From the NCBI GenBank assembly GCA_951812955.1, contig OX638340.1, forward strand, positions 1,504,001 to 1,568,000: a stretch of DNA of 64,000 nucleotides. The letters run 5' to 3'. This DNA is from an uncultured Gemmatimonadota bacterium (lineage in GTDB: Bacteria; JAAXHH01). The notes beneath the pieces are model-generated. The model was not told where the DNA came from. It did not search any database and saw nothing but the letters and a program-made list of their open reading frames with translations. The position numbers were made by a program, and so were the translations under genes. This document shows, piece after piece, positions 45,197-55,618 of the stretch. Numbering within the stretch: the stretch's first letter is position 1; every line of letters begins with the position of its first letter.

Positions 45197-45793
45197 TTTT
45201 GTTCCAGCCAGAGCATTTCGAATTAGGCTATGACTAAAGTGTGGATTTCGTTTGTGACTAGGTATGAGGTATGGTTATGAATCTTACACAGACCGAGTCG
45301 TCAGTTTTATCTATAAGGTATCTACGGTGAAATGCAATCTACATTTACTGGAGAATGCCAGAAGGAATCAAATCAAAGAGCCATGTATCAAGCATCAAGA
45401 AATTGTGGCGTAGGAACGTGGATCTGAATTGAATACGTCAATCGTGTACAAAATGACAGTCGGAATACTCAATAGCCGTATCCCTGGTAAAAATCATCAT
45501 CGTTAACCTATAATGTGAAAATTGACAACCATGTCGTCATAAAACTATGAAATCTTACAACATGGTATACAAAATACGTAATACCAACCTAGCCGATCGC
45601 TTGCTCCGAACATCACCCAACCGTTTGCCCAACATTCCCCGCAACTACGCAGATCAGCGCATTAGCGTGCATGCAAAATATCGATATTTATACGGATAGT
45701 TTACGAGATTATTGCTATTCCCCCGACTGGTATGATACATACCTTGTGTAGTATGAGCATGCTGGTGATATCTCATCAAAGGAACCAAGTAGA

Positions 45794-46027
45794 ATGGAAC
45801 TCGCGCAGCTACTCATCACGCCAGGCACACTGCTGACGGCCTTCATCTTCTTCTGGAAACAGGCCAAAACCGGCAGGGACGAAATGAGGCGGGAATTGAA
45901 GGCAGATATGAAGGAATTGAAGGACGAGTTAAAGGTAGAAATAACTTCCGTCCAGACAGAAGTGCACGATATGAACGGACGTCTCGGCCGCGTCGAGGGC
46001 TTGCTGAAGGCAACGGGCTCCGGTTGA
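45794..46027 (+). CDS. Hypothetical small protein (77 aa; N-terminal TM plus coiled-coil) inside the low-GC island
   Basis: The ORF lies in a ~40% GC segment. I found no homology. The call is weak. Confidence 0.3.
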   Translation: MELAQLLITPGTLLTAFIFFWKQAKTGRDEMRRELKADMKELKDELKVEITSVQTEVHDMNGRLGRVEGLLKATGSG

Positions 46028-46188
46028 TTGCGGCAGAATTGCCGACGCATCGTGGTTTATCTAATGGAACCCGTTATGCTCGCCGAAGAAGATATCGAAG
46101 CCCGGCCGATTGCGCGATTCTCAGATCTGCCGGATTCCAATGATCTGTGGCCATAGAGCATGTTGAGGTGCCGTGATGGTCAATCGCA

Positions 46189-46689
46189 CTACTTTCCATT
46201 CGCCTTCCAATAATCCGCCAGCGCCCTGCCTTTGATCTCCCTAAGTGAATCTCTCATTTTCTGTCTACCGGCTTCGTCATTGGTCACGACACCGAAAGTG
46301 CTGTAGTCGCCGGGCTCCATGTGCATCCTGACGAAAACGCCTTCAGCGTGCGACTCGAATCGTACAAAGTGACCGAACGCGATATTCATGTCGTAGACGT
46401 ATCCCTGAAGCTCGCCCGCGCTATTCTCGTTCTCGATGCAGTATATGTTGACATACAACACCAGTTCATCGAAATCCCACGATCTCTTGCGATTGATCCC
46501 CGCTTTTTCCAACTCGCTATCCACGATCGGTTCGAGGTTCCATCCGCATTGGGTATCCTCATGAAATTCAACAAACAGCTCGTCGGGTTTTTCGTTCTTA
46601 AGGTGGGAAAGATCCACTTTTGACTGAGCCCGCGCGTTGTATGTGAAAACCAGAACGCAGGTGGCTAACGACATTAGCAGGTATCTCAT
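46189..46689 (-). CDS. Hypothetical secreted protein (166 aa) with atypically low GC
   Basis: The signal peptide is MRYLLMSLATCVLVFTYNARAQS. The ORF is about 48% GC against a background of about 65%. I recognise no family. Confidence 0.5.
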   Translation of the reverse strand: MRYLLMSLATCVLVFTYNARAQSKVDLSHLKNEKPDELFVEFHEDTQCGWNLEPIVDSELEKAGINRKRSWDFDELVLYVNIYCIENENSAGELQGYVYDMNIAFGHFVRFESHAEGVFVRMHMEPGDYSTFGVVTNDEAGRQKMRDSLREIKGRALADYWKANGK

Positions 46690-46934
46690 ATAGTCATGCC
46701 CTTTCCAAGGGTTGGTTGTTCTAAATTCGACTGCAACAGGCCACCTGTTTTACATCAAGGTAGCTGTTGACGAAAATGCGTATGTGAAGTGGTGTTATAT
46801 TGCGATGGTTTGAATATACATTCTGGTATTCTTTGCGTCAGCTCAGATTCTACCTGGTTTCCCCTACCAGACCTGCTTTAGTCCAGCCTTGTTTCTCCCC
46901 AGCCTGGCTTCCTATCAGACTGCTTCCTGCTTGC

Positions 46935-48428
46935 CTAGCTCCCCGCCAGCTTCTCCCTAAGCAACTCGTTCACCAGCTTCGGATTCGCCTTGCCCTGGGT
47001 CGCGCGCATGACCTGACCCATGAAGAAGCCCAGGAGTTTGGTCTTGCCGGCCCGGTATTCGGCCACGTCGTCGGGATGTTCTGCGAGGATGCCGTCGACC
47101 ACCCCTTCGAGCTCTCCGGTGTCGGAGATCTGCACGAGTCCCTGTTCCTCGATGACCTCGGCCGGGGCTTGGCCGGTTTCCGCCATGGTGTCGAGGACGT
47201 CCTTGCCAATCTTGCCGCTGATCTTACCATCTTTGATCTGTGCGAGAAGCTGGGCAAGGTGAGTGGGAGGTATGCGTTCTTGCAGGGTTGCCTGGTCCAT
47301 GCGGCTTTCGTGCTGAACCCGAAGCAGTTCGCTGAGCATCCAGTTACTGACCGCCCGCGCATCGCCGGATGCCTGGCTGGCTGTATCGCCGGACCCTTCG
47401 CCGGTTACATGGCCGACGCAGGCTTCGAAATAGTCCGCCCGTGTCCGGTTTTCCGTCAGTTGCCGCGCCATGTCCGGCGGTAGTCCGTATTCGTCGACGA
47501 AGCGCTGCATACGCACGTCCGGGAGTTCGGGCAGGTCTTCGCCGATATCGTCGACCCAGGTCCGAGCGATTTCGACAGTAACGAGGTCAGGATCGGGGAA
47601 GTACCGGTAGTCGTGGGCTTCCTCTTTCGACCGCATGGGAAAAGTCTCCCGTGCTTCCTCGTTCCACAGGCGAGTCTGGCGCACGACCCGTCCTCCGTCG
47701 TCAAGCACTTCGGCCTGCCGTTCGATCTCGAACTCCAGCGCGCGCTCCATGGAACGCATAGAGTTCATGTTTTTAATCTCGACGAGTTCGCCCAGGGGAT
47801 CGCCGGGTTTGCGGATGGAGATGTTGGCGTCGCATCGCAGGCTGCCTTCTTCCATGTTGCCGTCGCAGACGCCGATGTACTGCAGAATCTGCCGCAACCG
47901 GGCGAGGTAGGCCGAGGCTTCGCGGGGGCTGCGGATATCGGGTTCGCTGACGATCTCCATGAGCGGCACGCCTGTCCGGTTGTAATCGATGTAGCTCAGA
48001 TCGGGATCGTAGCCGGGCTCGTTGTGGATGGATTTGCCGGCTTCCTCCTCAAGGTGGATCCGCCGAAGCCGGACGAATCGGGGGCCGTCTTCGCCCTCGA
48101 TTTCGACGCCGCCGTACAGAGAGATGGGCTCGCCCGCCCGGTCGTACTGCGAGATCTGGTAACCCTTGGGCAGGTCCGGATAGAAGTAGTTTTTGCGTGC
48201 GAAGGCGCTGGTCTCCGCCACTTGACCGTCCACGGCTAGCGCCATGCGAATGGTGTATTCCACGGCACGACGGTTCAGGACGGGCAGGACGCCGGGCATG
48301 CCGAGGCAGATGGGGCAGACCCGGGTGTTGGGCTCGCCGCCGAATGCCACGGAACATCCGCAAAAGATCTTCGAGTTCGTCAGGAGTTGGGCGTGCACTT
48401 CCAACCCGATTACGGCTTCGTAGTTCAT
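46935..48428 (-). CDS. gatB: Aspartyl/glutamyl-tRNA(Asn/Gln) amidotransferase subunit B
   Basis: The start [25 protein letters not shown]… is canonical for GatB. The ATG at 48428 overlaps the gatA stop (ATGA). The C-terminal GatB/YqeY domain is present. Track ORF 46935..48539 over-extends the N-terminus. Confidence 0.95.
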   Translation of the reverse strand: MNYEAVIGLEVHAQLLTNSKIFCGCSVAFGGEPNTRVCPICLGMPGVLPVLNRRAVEYTIRMALAVDGQVAETSAFARKNYFYPDLPKGYQISQYDRAGEPISLYGGVEIEGEDGPRFVRLRRIHLEEEAGKSIHNEPGYDPDLSYIDYNRTGVPLMEIVSEPDIRSPREASAYLARLRQILQYIGVCDGNMEEGSLRCDANISIRKPGDPLGELVEIKNMNSMRSMERALEFEIERQAEVLDDGGRVVRQTRLWNEEARETFPMRSKEEAHDYRYFPDPDLVTVEIARTWVDDIGEDLPELPDVRMQRFVDEYGLPPDMARQLTENRTRADYFEACVGHVTGEGSGDTASQASGDARAVSNWMLSELLRVQHESRMDQATLQERIPPTHLAQLLAQIKDGKISGKIGKDVLDTMAETGQAPAEVIEEQGLVQISDTGELEGVVDGILAEHPDDVAEYRAGKTKLLGFFMGQVMRATQGKANPKLVNELLREKLAGS

Positions 48429-49945
48429 GGCCGCGTCGCCTCCTCGAAGGCATACGCCGCGCGTAGAATCCGCTCCTCCCCGAAGTGGGGACCGATGATC
48501 TGCAGTCCTATGGGCATTCCGTCGGCGTCTTGGCCGCAAGGAAGGGAGATGGCCGGCACGCCGGCGAGGTTGATGGGCACGGTGTAGATATCCTGTAGAT
48601 ACATCTGCAAGGGATCGTCGATCTTCTCGCCGATCCGGAACGCGGTTGTGGGCGTAGTAGGCGCCACCATGAGATCGACCTTTTCGAATGCCTGGTCAAA
48701 GTCTCCCTTGATGAGCGTCCGTACGCGCTGGGCCTTATCATAGTAGGCGTCGTAATATCCGGAGCTGAGGACGTAGGTACCGAGCATGATGCGGCGCTTC
48801 ACCTCGAGGCCGAATCCCTCGCTACGGACCGAGCCGTACATGGCCTCCAGGCGGTCTTCAACCGGGATTTGCGTCGCTGCGCCAGTTCCCGGCGCACCGG
48901 TATTCCCGCCAACTTCTGCATTGTTTTCCGCTCCACCATCCTCACCCCGGTACCCGTACTTCACCCCGTCATAACGCGCCAGGTTGGAGGAGGCTTCGGC
49001 CGTTACCAGGATGTAGTACGTGGCCACGGCGTACTCGGTGTGCGGCAGGTGGACGCGCTCCACGCGGGCGCCGAGCGCTTCCATGCGTTCGATCGCGCGG
49101 CCGACGCTTTCCTTCACGGTGGCGTCCAGCCCCTCTGCCAGGTATTCATCGGGCACGCCGATGCGAAGGCCTTCTATGCCCTGCTTCAGGGTTGCCGTGT
49201 AATCCGGCACCGCTTCCGGTGACGACGTGGTATCCATGGCGTCGTGACCCGCGATGACGCCCAGGAGCGCCGCGCAGTCTTCCACGTTACGTGCCATGGG
49301 GCCGACCTGATCGAAGGACGATCCATAGGCGATGATACCGTAGCGGGAGACCCGCCCGTAGGTGGGCTTGAGTCCCACGACACCGCAGAAGGCCGCGGGC
49401 TGGCGTATCGAGCCGCCTGTGTCCTCGCCCAGGGCCAGGACCGCCGTGCCCGCCGCCAGGGCCGCGGCGGATCCGCCACTTGAACCGCCCGGTACGCGGG
49501 AGGTGTCCAGCGGATTCCGGCAGATGCCGAAGCCGGAGTTCTCGTTGGAAGACCCCATGCCGAACTGGTCCATGTTGGTCTTGCCGACGATCACGGCATC
49601 CGCCTGTCGCAGCCGGGCGATGACCGTGGCGTCATAGGGCGGTACAAATCCTTCCAGGATCCTGGAGGCGCAGGTGGTTTCCAAACCCTTCGTGCAGATG
49701 GCGTCCTTGATGGCGATGGGTACGCCGGCCAGCGGCCCGGTGGGTTCGCCGGCGGCGACTCGCCGGTCCACGCCCCTTGCGTCCTCGATCACCGATTCGG
49801 GCTGGACCGCGAGGTAGGCGTTTATAGCGGGGTCCTTCTCATCGATGAGGCGCAGGACTTCCCTGGCCGCCTCTTCCGCCGTCACTTCGCCGGACTTGAT
49901 CCGCGGCGCCAGTTCATGAGCCGCCATTTCGTTAAGGTGTTCCAA
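48425..49945 (-). CDS. gatA: Glutamyl-tRNA(Gln) amidotransferase subunit A (amidase signature family)
   Basis: The amidase signature is [14 protein letters not shown], and the Ser-cisSer-Lys triad context is present. The length is 506 aa. No gatC is visible upstream in this window. Confidence 0.95.
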   Translation of the reverse strand: MEHLNEMAAHELAPRIKSGEVTAEEAAREVLRLIDEKDPAINAYLAVQPESVIEDARGVDRRVAAGEPTGPLAGVPIAIKDAICTKGLETTCASRILEGFVPPYDATVIARLRQADAVIVGKTNMDQFGMGSSNENSGFGICRNPLDTSRVPGGSSGGSAAALAAGTAVLALGEDTGGSIRQPAAFCGVVGLKPTYGRVSRYGIIAYGSSFDQVGPMARNVEDCAALLGVIAGHDAMDTTSSPEAVPDYTATLKQGIEGLRIGVPDEYLAEGLDATVKESVGRAIERMEALGARVERVHLPHTEYAVATYYILVTAEASSNLARYDGVKYGYRGEDGGAENNAEVGGNTGAPGTGAATQIPVEDRLEAMYGSVRSEGFGLEVKRRIMLGTYVLSSGYYDAYYDKAQRVRTLIKGDFDQAFEKVDLMVAPTTPTTAFRIGEKIDDPLQMYLQDIYTVPINLAGVPAISLPCGQDADGMPIGLQIIGPHFGEERILRAAYAFEEATRP

Positions 49946-50088
49946 TGGTTACTCCCGCTTCATAGATCGACCGTGCTTACTCGACGCTTCCAAACCAATG
50001 CCAAAGTTGCTACTCGCCGAACGAGCAATTCTATTCAACGAACGCGCAACCAGCCAAGTATTGCGCTCGTCGGCGGACGACCAAACCT

Positions 50089-51912
50089 TTACCGCGCGAT
50101 CAGCAGGGTCACGCGTTGGGGTTCGGTGCCCGGCAGTTCCATCGGTGCTCCGTGCGCGTCCCGCTTCGTGAACGGGTGGTGCATGACGATATCCTGGCGC
50201 CCGTCCCTGTTCAGGTCCGTCATCCAGGCGTATTCCCCGTCGTTGGGCAATTCGACCGTCACCTTCTTTGGCTGCGCGGCGAACAGTTCCGGCCCGGGCA
50301 CGCCGGCGAAAACATGCAATTCTCGGTGGGTCCACTCGACCAGTAGGTCCAAGCGGCCGTCTCCCGTCACGTCCCCGATGAACAGGTTCTTGTTGAACGC
50401 ACGCCGGTAATCATCGCGGTCGTTGCGGAGCGCATGCCTGCCACCCATGAGCACGATGTCCAGGGGAACCCAGCCCGGTTCCCGCGGGCTCGGGGCGCCG
50501 TCCAGCTGGATGCGCCGTGTTGCGTTGGGCCGATCGGGGACGCTTCCCGCTTCCATCCTGTAGAAGGCGAGATTCAGCCAGACGTCGTCTCCCATGAAGC
50601 CCTTGATCCGTTTGAAGATACTGTTTTCGAGGTACTTTTTATCGATCGAGGTGACGACCAAGCCAGGTTCGCAGTCTCCGCCAAAATCCAAACGTTCCAT
50701 GGCGAGTTGGATGTTGCTTTCGGACTGAATCGCAATGTCAACACCGGATGCGAATCGAACGCCGCCGTTGGATCCGCGCGCTCCGAAGTGCACTTCGTAA
50801 GCAGATCGTTTATCGTCAATCTGTACACCCTCCAGGCTGTAGATCACCATGTCCGCTATGCCGTCCCTGTTCATATCCGTGAAGGAATGCAGCACCCTGC
50901 CCGTCATGGCTCCCGTTGCCAGTACGGTAAAATCATCGGAGTCGAAACGCACATCGGCCGTGAAGGTCGAGGGATCGGGGTCGAAAAATCCCTGGCCGCC
51001 CTGGAGATGTGCTTCGAAGCGGTCTCCGTTCCAGGACACCAGGTCGACGCGGCCGTCGCCGTTGTAATCGAATCCGTGAATCCGGCTCACGCTCCAGGGA
51101 TCGTAACGGTATCCGTCGGCACCCAGGATCGGGTCCAGGTCGGCGGGGGGACCGGTGACCACCGGATCGGCGAATGCGCCGCTTACCGTCTGCACGAATA
51201 CCTTGAATCCTTCGGCGCCGGGCACGACCAGGTCGACCCGGCCATCGCCGTTCACGTCCCGGGTGACGTCCACGTGCGGCACCTCACCCTGGTGGGGCGT
51301 TTTAAAACTGGTCGTAACGGACACGAGTTCGTATTCAGTCGCCGAATCCGGATCCCACGCATTGAGCCGGCCCGGTTCGCCGGTGATCAGACGATCGCGG
51401 TCTCCAATACGGGCAATGTCGACGAAGGTCACGCCGGGACGCAGCCGTGCATCCATCCGCATCTTCCAGGTTCCGCCTGTCCGCTGCGGCGAGCGCTTCA
51501 CGTTTCCTTCCGGTCGTTCGCCATTCCGGATTCCTTCATCCATCCCGGTACCTTCTTCGAAAGCAAAAACTTGCACACGACGGGCGCCGTCCTCTTCGAT
51601 CTGCACCACCGCCAGATCCGCCACGTCGCCACCCAGCAGGAATCCCGTCAGCACCGTCTGTCGCAACGCCGGACCGATGTCGATGAAATGGCGGTCAAAA
51701 GTGTACTCGGCAGATTGCGCGTCGGCACGGCTCAAGACATCGACCTGGCCCTGCGCGTCGGTGCTGCCCGGGTCAAGGGCGATTAAAACCACAACCATTA
51801 ACACAAGGAGCGACAACCGGGCTAGCAATCCGGCGCGACGCGGCTGGGGATCGTGTGTCGGAGGTATTGGATTGCGGATGGGAGTTGAGCGGCTGGAAAG
51901 TGGATTCGTCAT
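50089..51912 (-). CDS. FG-GAP / VCBS repeat beta-propeller protein (integrin-alpha-N-terminal-like), membrane-anchored or secreted
   Basis: Repeated calcium-binding-loop-like units are DVNGDGRVDLVVPG, DYNGDGRVDLVSWNG, DMNRDGIADMVIY, DVTGDGRLDLLVEW and DLNRDGRQDIVMHH. The N-terminus has a hydrophobic segment LARLSLLVLMVVVLIAL. Confidence 0.8.
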   Translation of the reverse strand: MTNPLSSRSTPIRNPIPPTHDPQPRRAGLLARLSLLVLMVVVLIALDPGSTDAQGQVDVLSRADAQSAEYTFDRHFIDIGPALRQTVLTGFLLGGDVADLAVVQIEEDGARRVQVFAFEEGTGMDEGIRNGERPEGNVKRSPQRTGGTWKMRMDARLRPGVTFVDIARIGDRDRLITGEPGRLNAWDPDSATEYELVSVTTSFKTPHQGEVPHVDVTRDVNGDGRVDLVVPGAEGFKVFVQTVSGAFADPVVTGPPADLDPILGADGYRYDPWSVSRIHGFDYNGDGRVDLVSWNGDRFEAHLQGGQGFFDPDPSTFTADVRFDSDDFTVLATGAMTGRVLHSFTDMNRDGIADMVIYSLEGVQIDDKRSAYEVHFGARGSNGGVRFASGVDIAIQSESNIQLAMERLDFGGDCEPGLVVTSIDKKYLENSIFKRIKGFMGDDVWLNLAFYRMEAGSVPDRPNATRRIQLDGAPSPREPGWVPLDIVLMGGRHALRNDRDDYRRAFNKNLFIGDVTGDGRLDLLVEWTHRELHVFAGVPGPELFAAQPKKVTVELPNDGEYAWMTDLNRDGRQDIVMHHPFTKRDAHGAPMELPGTEPQRVTLLIAR

Positions 51913-51924
51913 TTCGTCAGGGCA

Positions 51925-52200
51925 CTAGTACCAGCGATAGTAATAGGTGGCGAAACCGATACCGAGGATGCTAATGACGTTCACTTTCAGCGTGAAACCG
52001 AACGTGATGGAGAATATCACAAAGGGCAGTGTGGCCGGGGGGAAGGTATAGATGAACGCTTCCAGGAAGAACTTTTCCACCATGCTGCCGGGCATGAAAT
52101 ACTCAAGCAGCAGTCCGATCAGTTCGCCGAGCAGTCCGCCGAGGATGGCCCCCACCAGGATATAAAGCGCCAGTTTAGCGATCTTCTTAGATTGCGCCAT
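51925..52200 (-). CDS. Small membrane protein (about 91 aa, DUF4321-like)
   Basis: The sequence is MAQSKKIAKLALYILVGAILGGLLGELIGLLLEYFMPGS…FGFTLKVNVISILGIGFATYYYRWY. The gene sits between pssA and the FG-GAP gene on the same strand. Track ORF 51925..52470 over-extends the N-terminus. Confidence 0.55.
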   Translation of the reverse strand: MAQSKKIAKLALYILVGAILGGLLGELIGLLLEYFMPGSMVEKFFLEAFIYTFPPATLPFVIFSITFGFTLKVNVISILGIGFATYYYRWY

Positions 52201-52318
52201 TAAAGGGTCTCCCCGGGTGGTAATTGGTTTACTGCGCGTGCGTCGGTCAACTGGCCTCCCGGAAGTCTGGCGCGTGCGGACATGTCGGGTATTTCCATCC
52301 CACTTCCGCAGTCTCCTT

Positions 52319-53077
52319 TTATTCTTCCACAGATAGCGCGACGTCTTCGTCGTGGCGGACCATGTGCAAGCCCCAGGCCGCGATGCCAGAAAGTATATAC
52401 AGCAGCACGATGGGGAAGATCGTGAGTTTCGGATCCCAGACCAGGGCCACCAGGGCCACGGCGATGACACTCAGCTTAAGGATGGACCACTTGCTCTTGA
52501 AGGCGAGCGACGGCAGGGTGCGGTAGGACAGGGGGCTGATCATGAGGATGGACAGCACGAGCATGAATCCCATGAACGGGCCTTCCAGGTGCAGTTCCTC
52601 CCATCGGTCCCAACAGAAGATGACGTACGACGCCACGGCGATGGCCGCCACGGGTATTGGCAGTCCCATGAAGTTGTCCTTCTCCTCGTTGATCCGCTCC
52701 ACGCGGCGGAGGGTCATCACGTTGTACCGGGCCAGCCGGATGGCGCCGCACATCAGGAAAAGGAGGCAGAGCACCCAGGTGATTTCGCCGAAGGGCTTAA
52801 GGGTATATACGAGTACTATGGGCGCGACGCCGAAGGATACCACGTCCGCCAGGGAATCGAGTTCGATGCCGAACCGGGTCGCCCCCTGGCTGAAGCGCGC
52901 GACCTTGCCGTCGATGCTATCCAGTAGCGCGGCGGCCATGATGAGCCAGGGCGCGCGTCCGGGGTCGCCGGTCAGGGCGTTGAACCCGTCTATACAGTAG
53001 AAGATGGCGGAAACCCCGCAGAAGATGCTGCCGAGCGTGAACACGTTCGGTAACGCGACGCGCATCCAGGTTTTCAT
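52319..53077 (-). CDS. pssA: CDP-diacylglycerol--serine O-phosphatidyltransferase (CDP-alcohol phosphatidyltransferase family)
   Basis: The CDP-OH phosphatidyltransferase motif is DSIDGKVARFSQGATRFGIELDSLADVVSFGVAP (D-G-x2-A-R-x8-G-x3-D-x3-D). There are 6-8 predicted TM helices. Confidence 0.9.
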   Translation of the reverse strand: MKTWMRVALPNVFTLGSIFCGVSAIFYCIDGFNALTGDPGRAPWLIMAAALLDSIDGKVARFSQGATRFGIELDSLADVVSFGVAPIVLVYTLKPFGEITWVLCLLFLMCGAIRLARYNVMTLRRVERINEEKDNFMGLPIPVAAIAVASYVIFCWDRWEELHLEGPFMGFMLVLSILMISPLSYRTLPSLAFKSKWSILKLSVIAVALVALVWDPKLTIFPIVLLYILSGIAAWGLHMVRHDEDVALSVEE

Positions 53078-53715
53078 TTCAGTACTCCCAGTATCGTTTC
53101 GCCGCCCCGGACCCGGTCCCCGTTCTTAACCCGGATTTCGGCCCCGGCCGGTACGATGACGTCTATTCTCGATCCGAAGCGTATCAGGCCGAAACGGTCG
53201 CCGATACGCACCTCGTCGCCCTCGTTGACGTTGCAGACGATCCGCCGGGCAACGAAACCGACGATCTGCTTGATCAGGACGCGGCCCTCGTCTCCTTCGA
53301 TGCCCAGGACCATCTGGGCGTTGTCGCCCGAGGCCTCGTCTTTGAACGCGAGCTTGAATTTTCCTTCGATCCGCCGGCGCAATTTGACTACGCCAGTGAT
53401 GGGAATCCGGTTGACGTGCACGTTTGCGATGGACAGGAACACGCTGATCTGCGTGGCCGGTCCGCCGATGAAGGCGTCGTTTTCGATCTTCTCGACCGTT
53501 ACCACCTTGCCGTCGCCTCCGGAGATCACCAGGCCTTCGCCCGGGGGAACCCGTCTGGCCGGATCCCGGAAGAAGAAACCGACGAACAGGGCCAGGCCTC
53601 CGAACACAGACGCCAGTATGATCCAGATTGCTCCGGGGGCCAGATATCCGATCGCCAGACTGCCCGCCGCGAGTGCGGCCAGTGGTATGACCATGACCCA
53701 ACCGTCGCGTACCAT
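53074..53715 (-). CDS. psd: Phosphatidylserine decarboxylase proenzyme (short/archaeal-type PSD)
   Basis: The C-terminal self-cleavage motif is FGSRIDV (GS[R/T]). The length is 213 aa. The stop overlaps the pssA start (53074-53077). Confidence 0.85.
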   Translation of the reverse strand: MVRDGWVMVIPLAALAAGSLAIGYLAPGAIWIILASVFGGLALFVGFFFRDPARRVPPGEGLVISGGDGKVVTVEKIENDAFIGGPATQISVFLSIANVHVNRIPITGVVKLRRRIEGKFKLAFKDEASGDNAQMVLGIEGDEGRVLIKQIVGFVARRIVCNVNEGDEVRIGDRFGLIRFGSRIDVIVPAGAEIRVKNGDRVRGGETILGVLK

Positions 53716-53786
53716 GCCTTTTCCTTGCTATCCGGTTCCCGGCCGGATGTCCGCGGTCTCGGCACCTGCCGTTCCGTCCCCACGCA

Positions 53787-55091
53787 TCACAATTCGGCGA
53801 TATGCAGGACCAGGGGTATCATGCGCCCCTCCCGCTCGACTTCCAGCTCGATGGAATCGCCCACCAGGCTGCCGTACAGGGCTTCCCGCGCGTCGGGATA
53901 GCTGGTGATCACTTCCCCGTTGATTTTCCGTATGACGTCCATGACCATGATGCCGGCCAGGTCCGCCGGGCTGTTCGGGTCGATTTCATTCACCAGCACG
54001 CCCAGGCGGTTGACAATGTCCAGTTCCTGCGCCACGTATTCCGTGATGTCTATCACCGAGAGCCCCGTCCATCCACGTCTCGGTCCGCCATACTGTATCA
54101 GTTCGTCCGCAACGCGCCGAACCCGTTCGATGGGTATGGCGAAACCCACGCCCTCCGAACCGCCGCTTTCGGAGATGATGAACGTGTTGATGCCGATGAC
54201 CTCGCCGAAGGCGTTGACCAGCGGACCGCCGCTGTTGCCCGGATTGATGGTCGCGTCGGTCTGGATCATGTCCCGGTAGACCGTCCGGGATCCCTGCTGC
54301 CGGCGGAAGTTTCGTCCCAGGGCGCTGACCACCCCGACAGCCACGGCCGGCTGTGCGTCCTCGATGGCCAGGCCCAGCGGATTGCCGATGGTAATGGCCC
54401 ACTCGCCGGTCATGATGTCGTCCGACCGTCCCAGCGCCGCCACGGGGAGGTCTTCGCCTTCCACGTGGAGCACGGCCAGATCCGTCATGACGTCCACGCC
54501 GACCAGGGTGCAAGCCAGGCTGCGTCCGTCGGTCAGGACAGCCTGGATTCGCCGCGCTGTATAGTCTCCCAGTTGCACCACGTGGGCATTGGTGACGATG
54601 TAACCCGCGTCGTCGATAATTACGCCCGACCCCGTGTTCGGCTCCTCGCGGGTATAAAGACGCGGCACCACGAAATGACCGAAGAAGGGGTCGTCGGACA
54701 TGGGGGAGAATCCGCGTCGCTGCATCTGGAAAATCGCAACGATGCTCACGACTGCGGGACCCGCCCGCTCCACTGCGGTCACGATGGACGTGCGTCGTGA
54801 CGTGCTGATCGATTCGTTGGCTTCGATCAGACCTGCCGGCATTCGGCCGGATCCTACACGGCCGTAAGCGTCTTCACCCACCCCGGGAGCTCCGGCAGCG
54901 CCACTGCGCCCAATCGACCCAGCCGATTCGGACGGTTCCCGGTTTTCCGGCGTGGACGTCAGGGCCCGGGTAGCATTCCCGCCCGCCGGTCCTCCGCCGA
55001 GCGTGCTCAGCGCTTCGGGATAGGCCACGACCAGGAAAACGATGCCCACAAGCGCGCCTATGAAGGCCGCCAGAATATACCACACGGCCAT
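53787..55091 (-). CDS. HtrA/DegP-family trypsin-like serine protease with a C-terminal PDZ domain and an N-terminal TM anchor
   Basis: Catalytic Ser context GNSGGPLVN, catalytic His context TNAHVV and catalytic Asp context are all present. The C-terminal PDZ is GVLVNEIDPNSPADLAGI. The start is uncertain. ATG at 55091 (MAVWYILAAFIGALVG…) is chosen. The alternatives ATG at 55145 and GTG at 55232 are in frame. Confidence 0.8.
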   Translation of the reverse strand: MAVWYILAAFIGALVGIVFLVVAYPEALSTLGGGPAGGNATRALTSTPENREPSESAGSIGRSGAAGAPGVGEDAYGRVGSGRMPAGLIEANESISTSRRTSIVTAVERAGPAVVSIVAIFQMQRRGFSPMSDDPFFGHFVVPRLYTREEPNTGSGVIIDDAGYIVTNAHVVQLGDYTARRIQAVLTDGRSLACTLVGVDVMTDLAVLHVEGEDLPVAALGRSDDIMTGEWAITIGNPLGLAIEDAQPAVAVGVVSALGRNFRRQQGSRTVYRDMIQTDATINPGNSGGPLVNAFGEVIGINTFIISESGGSEGVGFAIPIERVRRVADELIQYGGPRRGWTGLSVIDITEYVAQELDIVNRLGVLVNEIDPNSPADLAGIMVMDVIRKINGEVITSYPDAREALYGSLVGDSIELEVEREGRMIPLVLHIAEL

Positions 55092-55618
55092 CGGGGATCG
55101 CCTGGCCTTCGGGTAGCCCGTATGGCGTTCTTCCGTGTTCCGCATCGATCGGCACCGGGCATCCGTACCGCAACCTTGCAGAATCTGAACAACGCTGATT
55201 TCAGTTCGGAAATGCCGGGAAAAGTCCTGCACTTGAATGGCCCGGAAACACCATGTCCCAACGGTTCTCCGGCTCCCAAAACAGATACCTCATTATATGC
55301 GCGGAGGGGCTTCCAGTCAATACCTTTTTCCGGGGACCGGAGCGCCGCCGCGCCCATGGTGCGCGGGAACCTCGCCGGACGGTCAAGGATGGCTTTCCTG
55401 CAAGAGCTACTAAATCAAAATCTGTGATTTAACAAGGATTTAACCTCAGAGAAACACTTGCGAAACAATAAGGTTGTATATTAGATTTCTGTGTTTGTTT
55501 CTGCGAATACGTGCAAGAGGATGTGTAAATTACCGTGGCGATCCGGACTCCTGTAACCAGGCGGCCCGGTTACCCGGGCAACGATTCATGGAATATCCAA
55601 CAGGGAGGAGCAATACTC

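Noticed and set aside
50434-51786. 450-aa plus-strand ORF antisense to the FG-GAP protein
   Set aside because: It is a shadow ORF.
53802-54800. 332-aa plus-strand ORF antisense to HtrA
   Set aside because: It is a shadow ORF.
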